Shown here piece after piece: positions 9,560 through 18,897 of a stretch of 64,000 nt of DNA; the stretch's first letter is position 1, and each line of letters begins with the position of its first letter. The translations under genes were made by a program, and so were the position numbers. This DNA comes from Nanobdellati archaeon (GTDB taxonomy: Archaea; Nanobdellota; Nanobdellia; CSSed11-243R1): contig JALTFL010000002.1 of the NCBI GenBank assembly GCA_027007025.1, forward strand, positions 167,066 through 231,065. The letters run 5' to 3'. The notes under the pieces were generated by a model. That model had not been told where the DNA came from. It saw only the letters and a program-made list of their open reading frames with translations, and ran no database searches.

Positions 9560-9812
9560 GCTCCCATAGTCTAGGAACCCTTTCTTGGGAAGAAAGCGTT
9601 CACGGAAAGAACCAAGAGAGGGATGGACATTCCGGTCAAGGATGCTGGACTCTCGCAACACCCTTTCTTAAAAGAAAGCGTGTACGGAAAGAACTTCCGT
9701 GGTGTTGGGGATATCCAGTGACCCGGGTTCAAAAGCACTTTCTCTCTTTGAAAAGAGAGAACCTGCGCTAAGAGAGAAACTTGGCGAGTGTTTGAAAGTC
9801 CCGGTGGGAGCA
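9560..9812 (+). tRNA. tRNA-Glu(CTC) (probable), three introns
   Basis: Acceptor GCTCCCA/TGGGAGC with discriminator A. D-stem GTCT/GGAT. Anticodon stem CTGGA/TCCAG with loop CTCTCG..A. T-arm CCGGG-TTCAAA..-CCCGG. Introns about 9576-9633 (D-loop), 9656-9712 (anticodon loop) and 9734-9797 (T-loop). TATA-like AT tract 9526-9545. T-tract after 9812. Confidence 0.6.
9718..9804 (+). repeat. 87-nt T-arm+T-loop-intron module, identical to 24327..24413
   Basis: GTGACCCGGGTTCAAAAGCAC...GTTTGAAAGTCCCGG reads identically in tRNA-Glu and tRNA-Gly(TCC). A diverged copy on the minus strand lies at about 38235..38292. Confidence 0.8.
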
Positions 9813-9884
9813 TTTTTTCTTTTTAGAAAATGTAAAATTTTATGAAGAATTAAATAAAAGGTATTTAATTATAATAAGAAGTAG

Positions 9885-10232
9885 GTGATGATTATCAGTG
9901 GGTTTGGATATGGTATCAAAAAGAGTACAAGCGAAGTAATTACTGGAGTTGTTGCCACCTCAGTTTATGGAGTGTTAGCAAACATGGGATTAATTCCATA
10001 TGAGATAGTTTTAGTATTTAATGTATTATCTATACTAGGGGTAATATTCCTTATAGAGAAAGCTCCATTTTGGTCGCTAACTTACTTAATTGGCTGGGTA
10101 ATTGGTATAATTTTTATGATATCTGTGGGTCTCTTGAGTTGGGTTGATATTACCATTTATATTGCTGTATCAATAGTATCTATTATGATAAAACTGGGTG
10201 TTCTTAACAGTCACTCTTCTCACTCTATATAA
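9885..10232 (+). CDS. small membrane protein
   Basis: 115 aa, 3 TM. Confidence 0.3.
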   Translation: MMIISGFGYGIKKSTSEVITGVVATSVYGVLANMGLIPYEIVLVFNVLSILGVIFLIEKAPFWSLTYLIGWVIGIIFMISVGLLSWVDITIYIAVSIVSIMIKLGVLNSHSSHSI

Positions 10233-10292
10233 TTATTTATGGTATCATTACCTCAAGGAAATTGAAAATACTTTTCAATGTATAAAAAAGTT

Positions 10293-10520
10293 TTATCTAA
10301 TTTTTTTATACATATCACATAAGTAATCATATAATGAGAACATAAATAAAAATCCTACTGTTTCACCCATGAGCCCACCTAAAAATTCAGCAGATAAAAA
10401 ATATGATACTGTTGCGCCGCCAAGTACGGAAAGGAAGGTAGTGATGATAAATGCTAATCCTATAGAGATATACACTCTTACTTTTAATCTACTTTTGAAT
10501 GTTTCAGTTGTATTTTTCAT
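10293..10520 (-). CDS. small membrane protein
   Basis: 75 aa, 2 TM. Confidence 0.25.
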   Translation of the reverse strand: MKNTTETFKSRLKVRVYISIGLAFIITTFLSVLGGATVSYFLSAEFLGGLMGETVGFLFMFSLYDYLCDMYKKIR

Positions 10521-10593
10521 GTTAATGATTAAATGGTTTGAATTATTTAAATATTTTGATGTATGTCAATAATCTATTTTGTGAAGTAGTATT

Positions 10594-11742
10594 TCACTTT
10601 TTAACAAACGCTATTAACATCACACTTGCGGCTGCGGATGTTATTGCGGCGTAGATGAACGGTGCGCTAGCCCCAACCGAATCCCAAAGAGCCCCCGCAA
10701 TCACGCTTGCTGGAAGGATAGCCAATCCTGACGCTGTCTGGTATATCCCGAGCGCAGTTCCCTTTTCGCTTTTTGGGGACAAGTCGGAAACAAATGCTCT
10801 TGACGTCCCGTCGACGAACGCAATCTGCAGCCCGTAAATGGCGAAGATAATCCATACAAGCGCATTTGAGGTTATGAATGAAAATGCTATCGCCGTCGCC
10901 CCGAGCAATACATAACCCAGCAATATTACATTTTTTCTTCCTATCTTGTCTGACCACATGCCTGCGGGCATTGAAAACACAGCATAGAAAACGTTGTATG
11001 TCAAGTAAAGCAGTGGTATAAAAGCGACGAATATTCCGAGATTCTCGGCTTTAAGTATGTAAAAAGCATAGCTGAAGTTTCCGAGGTTGAACACGACAGA
11101 TGTCAATATAAACAATTTGTAATTTCTGCTGAAATTTTTTAGAGAGAACTTTATCTTGTCCCCTATTTTGTGCCCTACATCTTTTACGAAAAACAAGATG
11201 ACTATAATTGAAAGGAAGGCAGGTATTGTGGCGTACCAGAAGATAGTCCTGTAATTTGTGGTTATATATCTCAGGAGCAAGAACGCGATTATGGTCCCTA
11301 TTATCGCCCCGCTTCTGTCCATCATCCTGTGGAACCCGAACCACTTTCCCCTTCTTTGCTTGCGTATGGATTCTGAAATCAGCGCGTCCCTCGGCGCGTC
11401 CCTTATTCCTTTCCCTATCCTGTCAGATAACCTTACCAAAAACACTTCAGCGACGTTGTTAGCTATTGCAAAAAATGGCTTTGACAGCGCTGAAAGGGAA
11501 TATCCAATTAAAACTAAAATTTTTCTTTTTTTGATTCTGTCAGAAATATGTCCTGAAAACGCCTTGAGTATCGACGCCGTGCTTGTGGCTATTCCTTCTA
11601 TTAGTCCTATTAATGACTTTGGTATTCCAAGAGTGTTGGCTAGAAATAAAGGTAAAAGCGGAAAAATCATATCGCTGCTGATGTCCGTGAATAAACTTAC
11701 CCATCCGAGAGCAATCACGTTCTTTTTAGCGTCTTTCTTCAT
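10594..11742 (-). CDS. MFS transporter
   Basis: MFS N-terminal signature (WVSLFTDISSDMIFPLLPLF), about 12 TM. Start set to the internal Met MKKDAKK. The ORF track extends to 11913. Confidence 0.6.
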   Translation of the reverse strand: MKKDAKKNVIALGWVSLFTDISSDMIFPLLPLFLANTLGIPKSLIGLIEGIATSTASILKAFSGHISDRIKKRKILVLIGYSLSALSKPFFAIANNVAEVFLVRLSDRIGKGIRDAPRDALISESIRKQRRGKWFGFHRMMDRSGAIIGTIIAFLLLRYITTNYRTIFWYATIPAFLSIIVILFFVKDVGHKIGDKIKFSLKNFSRNYKLFILTSVVFNLGNFSYAFYILKAENLGIFVAFIPLLYLTYNVFYAVFSMPAGMWSDKIGRKNVILLGYVLLGATAIAFSFITSNALVWIIFAIYGLQIAFVDGTSRAFVSDLSPKSEKGTALGIYQTASGLAILPASVIAGALWDSVGASAPFIYAAITSAAASVMLIAFVKK

Positions 11743-12100
11743 AGTTAGATAATGGCGCAAAGATGTTATTAAATGTATCGAATCCCTCTGCGACATAAAG
11801 AACATTATCTTTGACTTCAGCGATTTCTCCCCTTTTTGAAGGAAGTCCGCTGTTGGATTCAACAATGTTTTTGTAAATACCCTTAACAGATATGTTCTCT
11901 TTTGTGTTTTCAAGAGGTATCTCTGTGTAATTCACTCCGAGACTTGTTTTGCTGCGATTGTATACTACTAATTTCCCATCATCAGTTAATTCTATTGCGG
12001 AGTTCCAATCTCCTTCATAAAGCCTTTTTTCTATCTTGGACATCTTCTTGTTATCTTTTCCACCAAGGAGCTTAATTAACTCCTCATCAGTAGTAACCAT
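11726..12100 (-). CDS. hypothetical protein
   Basis: 124 aa soluble ORF. Confidence 0.35.
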   Translation of the reverse strand: MVTTDEELIKLLGGKDNKKMSKIEKRLYEGDWNSAIELTDDGKLVVYNRSKTSLGVNYTEIPLENTKENISVKGIYKNIVESNSGLPSKRGEIAEVKDNVLYVAEGFDTFNNIFAPLSNYEERR

Positions 12101-12172
12101 ACTATTTGAGAAGCATAACTCTTTTATAAACTTAACTATTTGGAAATTTAATAATCAGTCGGAGGTGATTAG

Positions 12173-12766
12173 ATGGTAGATTATGTAAAAGCAGTTAAGA
12201 GACCGTTCAGTGACTTGGCAAAGTTGTTAATTTATATTGTAATAAGTGTAATACCAATAGTGAATTTTATCAGTAGCGGTTATTTGCTTGATGTTGCTCA
12301 AACATCGATGAGACGGAAGAGTAAATTACCAGAGTTCAATGATTATACACGCTTATTTATAGAAGGAATAAAGATGATTATAATTGGATTTATTTATATG
12401 ATACCAGCATTAATTATTATGGTGCTTGCAGGGGTATCTATTGGATTTAAAATTACATCTTTAGCCACTTTTGGAGTGGGTATGATATTGGCGATAATAA
12501 CAGCATTGATTATGGCTTATATCAGCACTGGAGCAATATTGAGATATGCGGAGAAGAGGAACATAAAAGAAGCATTTAATTGTAGGGCAATTGGAAAGAA
12601 GATATTTAACTCTAAATTCTTCGTAGGCTGGATAATTGCGTTAGTGATAGCAGTGGTAATTGATGTTGTGCTTGGTATTATCCCATTGATTGGCGCATTG
12701 CTTGGAGCAGCGATAGGAGGAATTTTTTACATGAGTGTTATGGGAGAAATTTACGCTGAGGCGTAA
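12173..12766 (+). CDS. membrane protein of unknown function
   Basis: 4 TM. Preceded by an SD (GGAGGTGA). Confidence 0.4.
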   Translation: MVDYVKAVKRPFSDLAKLLIYIVISVIPIVNFISSGYLLDVAQTSMRRKSKLPEFNDYTRLFIEGIKMIIIGFIYMIPALIIMVLAGVSIGFKITSLATFGVGMILAIITALIMAYISTGAILRYAEKRNIKEAFNCRAIGKKIFNSKFFVGWIIALVIAVVIDVVLGIIPLIGALLGAAIGGIFYMSVMGEIYAEA

Positions 12767-12837
12767 TCCCCTTTCTTTTATTTTTTGCTTAGTAAACTTT
12801 TTAAGCGATTGTCACTCCTAATAAGTTAGGGTTTACA

Positions 12838-13488
12838 ATGAGTGATTCACTAACTGTTGCTGAAATTAAAAATATGAGCTTGGATGAATTAGTTCTAAAC
12901 AAAGATAAACTCCCTGACGTGGTAGATATATCTGAATTAACCTCCGATAATTTTGAGGATTTTAAATTTTGGCTTGATTACATAGACTGCAAAGAAGATG
13001 ACAATCCTGTCAAGAGTGTTAATTTTAACTTTGGAGATTCTACGAGGTATTTTCTTTCAGCTTATGGTGGAATGCCAGCCCTTATTGCCGCACATGAAGG
13101 CCTCCACGCTTTTGGGGGATTAGTTTCTGGAGCGACTATAGAGAAGATAGGTGTTAATTCCACAGGATTTTATGTTACGATGAGTGGGGATAATGTTGCT
13201 CGTTTTGTTTCTTCGATTGCACCGAACGCTGTTCTTCCGATTTTTGGTTTTTATTACATTAAAAAAGGAATTGATGAAAATGATACCGCCTATCTTGGAA
13301 TTGGTGCCTCTGCCACGCTGCTAAATTTTGGTTCAATATTTTTAGATTATGGGGACTTCGCAAATTTGACCGGTAGCGGGATAATTGGAAGATTATCTGC
13401 TTTGGGTATTGGTTTAGCAACTTATGGTATTGCATATGTTATTTCTTCTTTTGCCTACAAGCGAAGTAAAAGATTTAAAAACAAATAA
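12838..13488 (+). CDS. hypothetical protein with C-terminal TM
   Basis: 216 aa. Confidence 0.4.
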   Translation: MSDSLTVAEIKNMSLDELVLNKDKLPDVVDISELTSDNFEDFKFWLDYIDCKEDDNPVKSVNFNFGDSTRYFLSAYGGMPALIAAHEGLHAFGGLVSGATIEKIGVNSTGFYVTMSGDNVARFVSSIAPNAVLPIFGFYYIKKGIDENDTAYLGIGASATLLNFGSIFLDYGDFANLTGSGIIGRLSALGIGLATYGIAYVISSFAYKRSKRFKNK

Positions 13489-13505
13489 AGGGTAAAAATT
13501 TACAT

Positions 13506-13772
13506 GCGGGGGTGCCGGAGAGCCTTTCTTTCCGCCTTCTTAAAAAGAAGGCAGGTTGCCAAGAAGGAAAGAAAGAGCACGGAACGGTCAAACGGGCTGG
13601 GCTTAGGCGCATCTTTTCTTAAGAAGAAAAGCTGCACCAAAAGAAATCATTTTGGTGGATGCGTGGAAACCCAGTGGGTTAGTCCCTACGCGAGTAAGCC
13701 TTTTCTTGCGAAGAAAAGCCTTAAGGGAAAAGAAGCAGGATGGCTTCGCGATTTCGAATCTCGTCCCCCGCA
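13506..13772 (+). tRNA. tRNA-Leu(TAG), class II, three or more introns
   Basis: Acceptor GCGGGGG/CCCCCGC with discriminator A. Ser/Leu-type D-region (GCCGGAG...CGGTCAAACGGG). Anticodon stem CTGGG/CCCAG with loop CTTAGG..A. Long variable hairpin GGGTTAGTCCC. TTCGAAT T-loop. Introns about 13521-13584 (D-loop, looks nested), 13608-13668 (37/38) and 13695-13743 (T-stem/loop junction, with a clear 3-nt AGT bulge between CGCG and AAGCC/GGCTT helices). The T-stem has one mismatch. Confidence 0.6.
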
Positions 13773-13782
13773 TTTCATTATT

Positions 13783-13968
13783 ATGGCAAAGTGCAAATGG
13801 TACAATGTTTGTCCTATCGTGAGGTTTGTTGAGGAAGGCAGGCTCGATAGGAAGTGGGTTGAGAAATACTGCCTTGTTGGCAACAAAAAATGCATCCGTT
13901 ACCAAATGGAGGAAAAGGACGAGCCCCATCCTGACAATTTGCTTCCGGATGGAACTTACTTAAAGTAG
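13783..13968 (+). CDS. small Cys-rich protein (CxxxC...CxxxxxC)
   Basis: ATG directly after the tRNA. MAKCKWYNVCPIV...YCLVGNKKC. The longer track ORF 13504..13968 is an artefact that reads through the tRNA. Confidence 0.45.
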   Translation: MAKCKWYNVCPIVRFVEEGRLDRKWVEKYCLVGNKKCIRYQMEEKDEPHPDNLLPDGTYLK

Positions 13969-14002
13969 TTAACTTTTTAATTTAAGACTTCTTTTAGCTT
14001 TT

Positions 14003-16282
14003 ATGTCGCTTGAAGGGATTGAATTACAACTTATTAGAAATATATCAGTTCTTGAGCAAATCTTCTCAAAGCATGAAAGTTTCTTAGAGAGATTAGGTTC
14101 TTCTATAGCGAAATATGTGGAAGTTGCAGATATATCAAAGCCGCTTGTTGAAGCGGCAGGGGCGGAGATTGAATCAAAGGGAAGGGCATCTAGAAGAACG
14201 GTTTATGGAAGAAGAGGTGCATTTGGGAAGGGAAAAAGAGGCAAGGGAATTGTTCAATATCTTAGCGAGAAAAGCTGGGTGCTTGGCAATTTGATTCGTC
14301 TTGTTAAGGTTGAAAGGGCAGAGGCAGCTGAACAAGCAAGGTATCTTTATGTCACTTTAAGAGAAGTTAATTTAGAGGAAAAAAATGAAAAGTCTGAGGA
14401 GAGTAAAGAATCTAAGAAACTGAAGGCGAGAATAAAGAAAGTTGAAAAATTGACTCTTGCATGTGAGAAAGTTTTAGACAAAGAAGCAACACGGGATAAA
14501 AAATTAGCAAAAGTAACTGCAAAAGAAGTTGCCGCTTTAACTACAGCATATCACCTTTCTATGCGTGAAGGTATTTTTGCAAGGCGGCTTTTAAGTATTA
14601 TTGGCGCATCGGGAGCACTTAAAAGATTAGACATACTCTTTCAGAAAGAAGAGATCTTCTTTGCCAAGTTTATGAAGGAAGAAAATTGGATTGTTGATGA
14701 CATCGCTAATGATCTTAAAGGTATATTTAAATTAATAAAAGAAAATGAGAAAATCGAAAAGTTGATCGGTGGATCTACAGCTAAAATTAAGGGAGAAGAA
14801 AAACAGGCAAAGAAAGAAGAGAAAGTCTCTATGAGGATTAGGAGATTGATGAATTCGCTTGAGAAAATACAGAAACATTTAGAAAAAGTCAAAAAAGGTG
14901 CTGCAAAATATGGCATTAAAATTGAAAAATCAATTGTTATGCTTAATACGGAAGAAAAAGAGGTTCTTAAAGGGGAAAAGGAGGAAGAGAGAGATTTAGG
15001 TGATATTGAAAATCTATTTGAGAATATGAGAAGGTTTTCTTTGATGATTTCTAGATTTGATAATTCAATTTCCATAGCTGAGATTAGATTAGAGCCACAG
15101 ATTAAGTGGATAAACACAGCATTGATAAGTGCATACAAATTATCGAAAAAGAATCCTGCCGGTGTTACTTCCTTTTTGGGAAAAGTTGGAAATTTTGCTG
15201 GAAAAGCATTGGTTCCCTCGCTTAAGCGTATAGATGAAGAAAGAAGAGAATTGTTTAAGGAATTTGTTGGTGAAGAAGGTGTAATTAAAAGCTTGGAAAA
15301 GGATATGAGTAAGATGTATCAGCTTGAGAACAACGGTTTTGTCAGGGAATTAAAAAAGATGGAAACAAGTTTAGTAAAAATTGAGAAAAATGTCGTTGCC
15401 GGCAACAGAAAGGCAGTCGCGGATTTGAAAAAGGACATTGCTGAGTTAAGAGGCTCTTTGAGGGAAGAAAAAACGGTTGTTAAGGAAGAAGCACAATCTG
15501 GAGCTCAAAAAACAGCAGGTGAGGAAACTGAGACAAGGGCAAAGATTGCAGAATTAAACAAAAGAATTCTGGAAATTAAATCTAAATTTAGGGATATGAA
15601 GAGAGAATTTGACCCCGCTGTTAGGAAGTTTAAGCAGGCAGTTAAGGACGCACCTGAATTTAAGTTTGCAAATAAGACTTTGTTTGGGGTGTTTGGTAAG
15701 AATGTTGAGGCTAGAATGATAAAAGATGTTGACATAGCTGGGCATTATTTGAGGGATGAGGAGGATGTGGATTCCAAGGAGATTACAGCGCTTCGTAGAT
15801 GGACAGAGAATGTTACTGAGATTGACAATTATGCCTTGTTTGTTCGAGAGGTATATAAATCATTTCAAGATGAAAATCGGATGTTGAAAAGGATGATTTT
15901 CTTTTACAAAGACATTGCTCTATTTGAAAAAGATTTCTCTCTTGATGTGAGGAAGGCAGAAAAAACAATAGCAGACTTGGAAGCTGCAGTAAGGGATATA
16001 GAGGAAGTTATGAATAGGCACGCAGATATGTTTGGCGAGGAAGAAAGAGAGATGTTCACAGAGTTTAGGGAAATTTTCAGTAATTCTACTGCCATGTTGA
16101 ATGAGTTAAAAAGGACTGAAAATGCGCTTCTAGTGTATGCCCATAGCCTTCCGCAGATGATAGAAGCGAGCAAACGGGCAGAAGAATATGTGAATGATAT
16201 AAAAAAGTTGCTTAAGGAATCAGTGAAAAATGCAGTCAAACTCAAGAAAATCATGAGCAAAGGAATTCAGGCAAGATTATAG
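14003..16282 (+). CDS. large K/E-rich coiled-coil protein (759 aa)
   Basis: Heptad-like low-complexity sequence throughout. No NTPase motifs. Confidence 0.5.
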   Translation: MSLEGIELQLIRNISVLEQIFSKHESFLERLGSSIAKYVEVADISKPLVEAAGAEIESKGRASRRTVYGRRGAFGKGKRGKGIVQYLSEKSWVLGNLIRLVKVERAEAAEQARYLYVTLREVNLEEKNEKSEESKESKKLKARIKKVEKLTLACEKVLDKEATRDKKLAKVTAKEVAALTTAYHLSMREGIFARRLLSIIGASGALKRLDILFQKEEIFFAKFMKEENWIVDDIANDLKGIFKLIKENEKIEKLIGGSTAKIKGEEKQAKKEEKVSMRIRRLMNSLEKIQKHLEKVKKGAAKYGIKIEKSIVMLNTEEKEVLKGEKEEERDLGDIENLFENMRRFSLMISRFDNSISIAEIRLEPQIKWINTALISAYKLSKKNPAGVTSFLGKVGNFAGKALVPSLKRIDEERRELFKEFVGEEGVIKSLEKDMSKMYQLENNGFVRELKKMETSLVKIEKNVVAGNRKAVADLKKDIAELRGSLREEKTVVKEEAQSGAQKTAGEETETRAKIAELNKRILEIKSKFRDMKREFDPAVRKFKQAVKDAPEFKFANKTLFGVFGKNVEARMIKDVDIAGHYLRDEEDVDSKEITALRRWTENVTEIDNYALFVREVYKSFQDENRMLKRMIFFYKDIALFEKDFSLDVRKAEKTIADLEAAVRDIEEVMNRHADMFGEEEREMFTEFREIFSNSTAMLNELKRTENALLVYAHSLPQMIEASKRAEEYVNDIKKLLKESVKNAVKLKKIMSKGIQARL

Positions 16283-16311
16283 TAAATTATTAAATTATTC
16301 AGCTTCTTGAA

Positions 16312-16914
16312 ATGTTAATGGGAACATATGTCAAAAAATTGGAAGACTTTGAAAAACAGTTGGACTTGAAAAAGGAAGGCTTAACCATTACTGTTTCTGG
16401 GCTCTCAGGCTCTGGGAAATCCACTATTGGCAAGGCAATTGCGAAGGCATTTGGATTGGAACTGAAAAGCATGGGCGACGTCTTTCGTGATAGCGCGAAA
16501 GAAAAAGGTATTTCTATTGAGGAATTTTCAAAGTCGCGCAGCGAGGAAACAGATATCCTGCTTGACAAAAAAACTCTTGAGTTTGCCAAGAAGGGAAATG
16601 TTGTCCTTATCGGAAGGCTGACCGCGTGGGTCGCTGGCGACAACGCGGATGTCAAGCTTTGGGTTGACTGCGACAAGCAAACAAGAATCAAGAGGGTTGC
16701 TAAAAGAGAAAATATTTCCGAGGAAGAAGCAAAAAGGCGAATTGAGGAAAGGGACACTGCCGACGCCGAGAGATATAGTGAACTTTATGGAATTGACGTA
16801 AATGACAAGGGAGTTTATGACATCTTATTCGACAACACTGACGCGACATTTGAAGAAGCAATTACAAAACCCGTCGAGGCAATAAAAATATTACTGGACA
16901 GCACCTCAAACTAA
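16312..16914 (+). CDS. cmk: cytidylate kinase, archaeal type
   Basis: P-loop ITVSGLSGSGKSTIGKAIA. Archaeal CMK size and lid region. Confidence 0.7.
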   Translation: MLMGTYVKKLEDFEKQLDLKKEGLTITVSGLSGSGKSTIGKAIAKAFGLELKSMGDVFRDSAKEKGISIEEFSKSRSEETDILLDKKTLEFAKKGNVVLIGRLTAWVAGDNADVKLWVDCDKQTRIKRVAKRENISEEEAKRRIEERDTADAERYSELYGIDVNDKGVYDILFDNTDATFEEAITKPVEAIKILLDSTSN

Positions 16915-16932
16915 ATAAATACTGCTAGTATT

Positions 16933-17535
16933 ATGTTTTGTATGATTGATATAAATGGAAATAAAATAACACTTAAACGCCCTCTAACTCACTTGGATAA
17001 GTTTGTATTAAAGTTTATATCTGTACTTGATAAACTTAAGATAAAATATGTGATTGTTTCTGGATATGTTTCTATTTTATTGGGGAGGGCAAGAATGACA
17101 GAGGATGTTGATATTTTAATAGAAAAGTTAAGTGCACCTGATTTTACCAAGTTAGTTAAGGATATCGTGAAAAGTGGTTTTTGGTGTTTAAATTCGGATG
17201 ATTTATCTGAACTCTTTGAACTTATGAAAACTGGTCATTCTATCCGGTTTGCTGAAAAGGGGATTGTTATTCCAAATATAGAACTTAGGTTTGTTGATAA
17301 TTCTATCGACTTAGGTGCTTTGAAGAATCGTTTAGTTGTTAAATTAAGTGAGCATCGATTAAATATTTCTTCATTAGAGCTTCAGATAGCGTACAAGCTT
17401 TATCTTGGTAGCGATAAAGACGTTGAAGATGCGAGATATCTTTATAAGTTATTCGGCAATTTCATTAATAAGCGGAAGCTTAATGATTTTGTGGATATAT
17501 TAAAAGTCAAGGATAAGGTGAAGTACCTTGAATAG
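16933..17535 (+). CDS. nucleotidyltransferase-fold protein
   Basis: VSGYVSILLGRARMTEDVDIL resembles the minimal NTase motif. Confidence 0.4.
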   Translation: MFCMIDINGNKITLKRPLTHLDKFVLKFISVLDKLKIKYVIVSGYVSILLGRARMTEDVDILIEKLSAPDFTKLVKDIVKSGFWCLNSDDLSELFELMKTGHSIRFAEKGIVIPNIELRFVDNSIDLGALKNRLVVKLSEHRLNISSLELQIAYKLYLGSDKDVEDARYLYKLFGNFINKRKLNDFVDILKVKDKVKYLE

Positions 17536-17678
17536 TTTGTTAACTCAATTGAAAAAGCAAAAGGAAAAAAATTTTGAGGATAGGCTTAGATTTATTGATA
17601 TATGGGTAAATTTTGTGAAAAAACATCCTAAGAAAAGCAGCAAGCAGTATAAAAAATTATTAGATAGTTTGTATTAAA

Positions 17679-18878
17679 ATGGTTGCTCCGGCGAATCTTT
17701 GCGTGATATGTAAGGGAACAAAGCACCTGTGCGGAATAAATCCCTGCCCGCTTCTTGCTAAATTCAACGTCAAGCCAAAAATGAATATTGACAAGGAATT
17801 CTCGGGTCCATCGACGTCGGTTTTTGTGGGGCACTCAAATTATCCAAATGTTTTTGTCGGCCCGATAGGCGCCCTTGAAAACGAAAACATTGTTGACAAT
17901 CCCGCAAAATGGTTCGGCATGGAGTATGACAAAATAATTGAGATGCGTTCCCTCACAATCCGCTCGAAGTCTATCCAGAATGTAAAGTCAAAAGGAAAAT
18001 TTGTTGAGGAAAATCAGCTTCTTGCCATGTCAAAGAAGCCGACTGATGTTGACTTGAAATTTTTTAAGAAGCCAAATTTTAGAGTGAGTTTTTCGGATGT
18101 AACTCAGCCGATGGGTGCCTCCGCGCCAATTGAAAAATTGAAAATCATTGATAATCCCAAAATACCCCATAAAGTTGAAAAAGTTGTGGATGACGAATTA
18201 AAGGCGGTGGAGCAGGTTAACATACTGAAAAATAATTTTGACATCTATTACATCACCAACATATTCTCGAGCGGAGCCCTTGGCAAACATGAAAATCAAA
18301 AACTTGTCCCCACGAGATGGAGTATAACTGCTGTCGATGATATTCTCGCGAAGGAGATGATTAAAAGAATCAAAGATTATCCAAAGATAAATTCCTATTC
18401 TGTTTATGAGTCAAAATATCTGGACAACCATTTCATCATTTTGTTAATGCCCGGCAGATGGGAGTACGAAAACTTTGAGGCTTGGGCTCCCGGTTCGTCA
18501 TGGGCGCAGCAGGCAAAAGAAACGATAATCCTTGAAGAGTATGAGCCGTTTGACGGAAGGAAGAAATACGCCGACAAGGAGGCGGGTGGATATTACGCCG
18601 CGAGGTTTGCTGTGTGCGAGGCACTGGACAAAATGAAAAGGCAGGCGAGAGTCATTGTCTTCCGCGAGGTTTCTGAAGGATATATTGTGCCATTGGGAGT
18701 CTGGCAGGTAAGGGAAAATGTGAGAAACGCTATGAATTCACACCCGATTAAGTTTGATTCTCTTAATGAAGCACTTTTATATATACACTCTAAATTGAGA
18801 ATCCCGATTTTTGAATACAGGAAACAAAGCAGGATACTTCAGCAGAAAAACTTGCTTGATTTTTACCGAAAGATTTAA
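17679..18878 (+). CDS. Nre-family (COG1602-like) protein with N-terminal Cys cluster, putative DNA-repair associated
   Basis: N-terminal CxxCxG..C..C, about 400 aa, with an archaeal NreA-like C-terminal region. Assignment is from memory of the family pattern. Confidence 0.35.
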   Translation: MVAPANLCVICKGTKHLCGINPCPLLAKFNVKPKMNIDKEFSGPSTSVFVGHSNYPNVFVGPIGALENENIVDNPAKWFGMEYDKIIEMRSLTIRSKSIQNVKSKGKFVEENQLLAMSKKPTDVDLKFFKKPNFRVSFSDVTQPMGASAPIEKLKIIDNPKIPHKVEKVVDDELKAVEQVNILKNNFDIYYITNIFSSGALGKHENQKLVPTRWSITAVDDILAKEMIKRIKDYPKINSYSVYESKYLDNHFIILLMPGRWEYENFEAWAPGSSWAQQAKETIILEEYEPFDGRKKYADKEAGGYYAARFAVCEALDKMKRQARVIVFREVSEGYIVPLGVWQVRENVRNAMNSHPIKFDSLNEALLYIHSKLRIPIFEYRKQSRILQQKNLLDFYRKI

Positions 18879-18897
18879 AAGTGCCATTTTAGAGTAG

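Noticed and set aside
9571-9813. 80-aa minus-strand ORF, and similar short ORFs over tRNA loci (4377-4631, 24189-24539, 20732-20932, 20878-21030)
   Set aside because: They overlap clear tRNA exons and introns and have no SD or conservation. They are artefacts of open frames in purine/pyrimidine-rich intron sequence.
13504-13968. 154-aa ORF starting exactly at the tRNA-Leu 5' end
   Set aside because: Its first 90 codons are a read-through of the intron-containing tRNA. Only the C-terminal 61 codons (13783-13968) form a plausible separate Cys-rich CDS.
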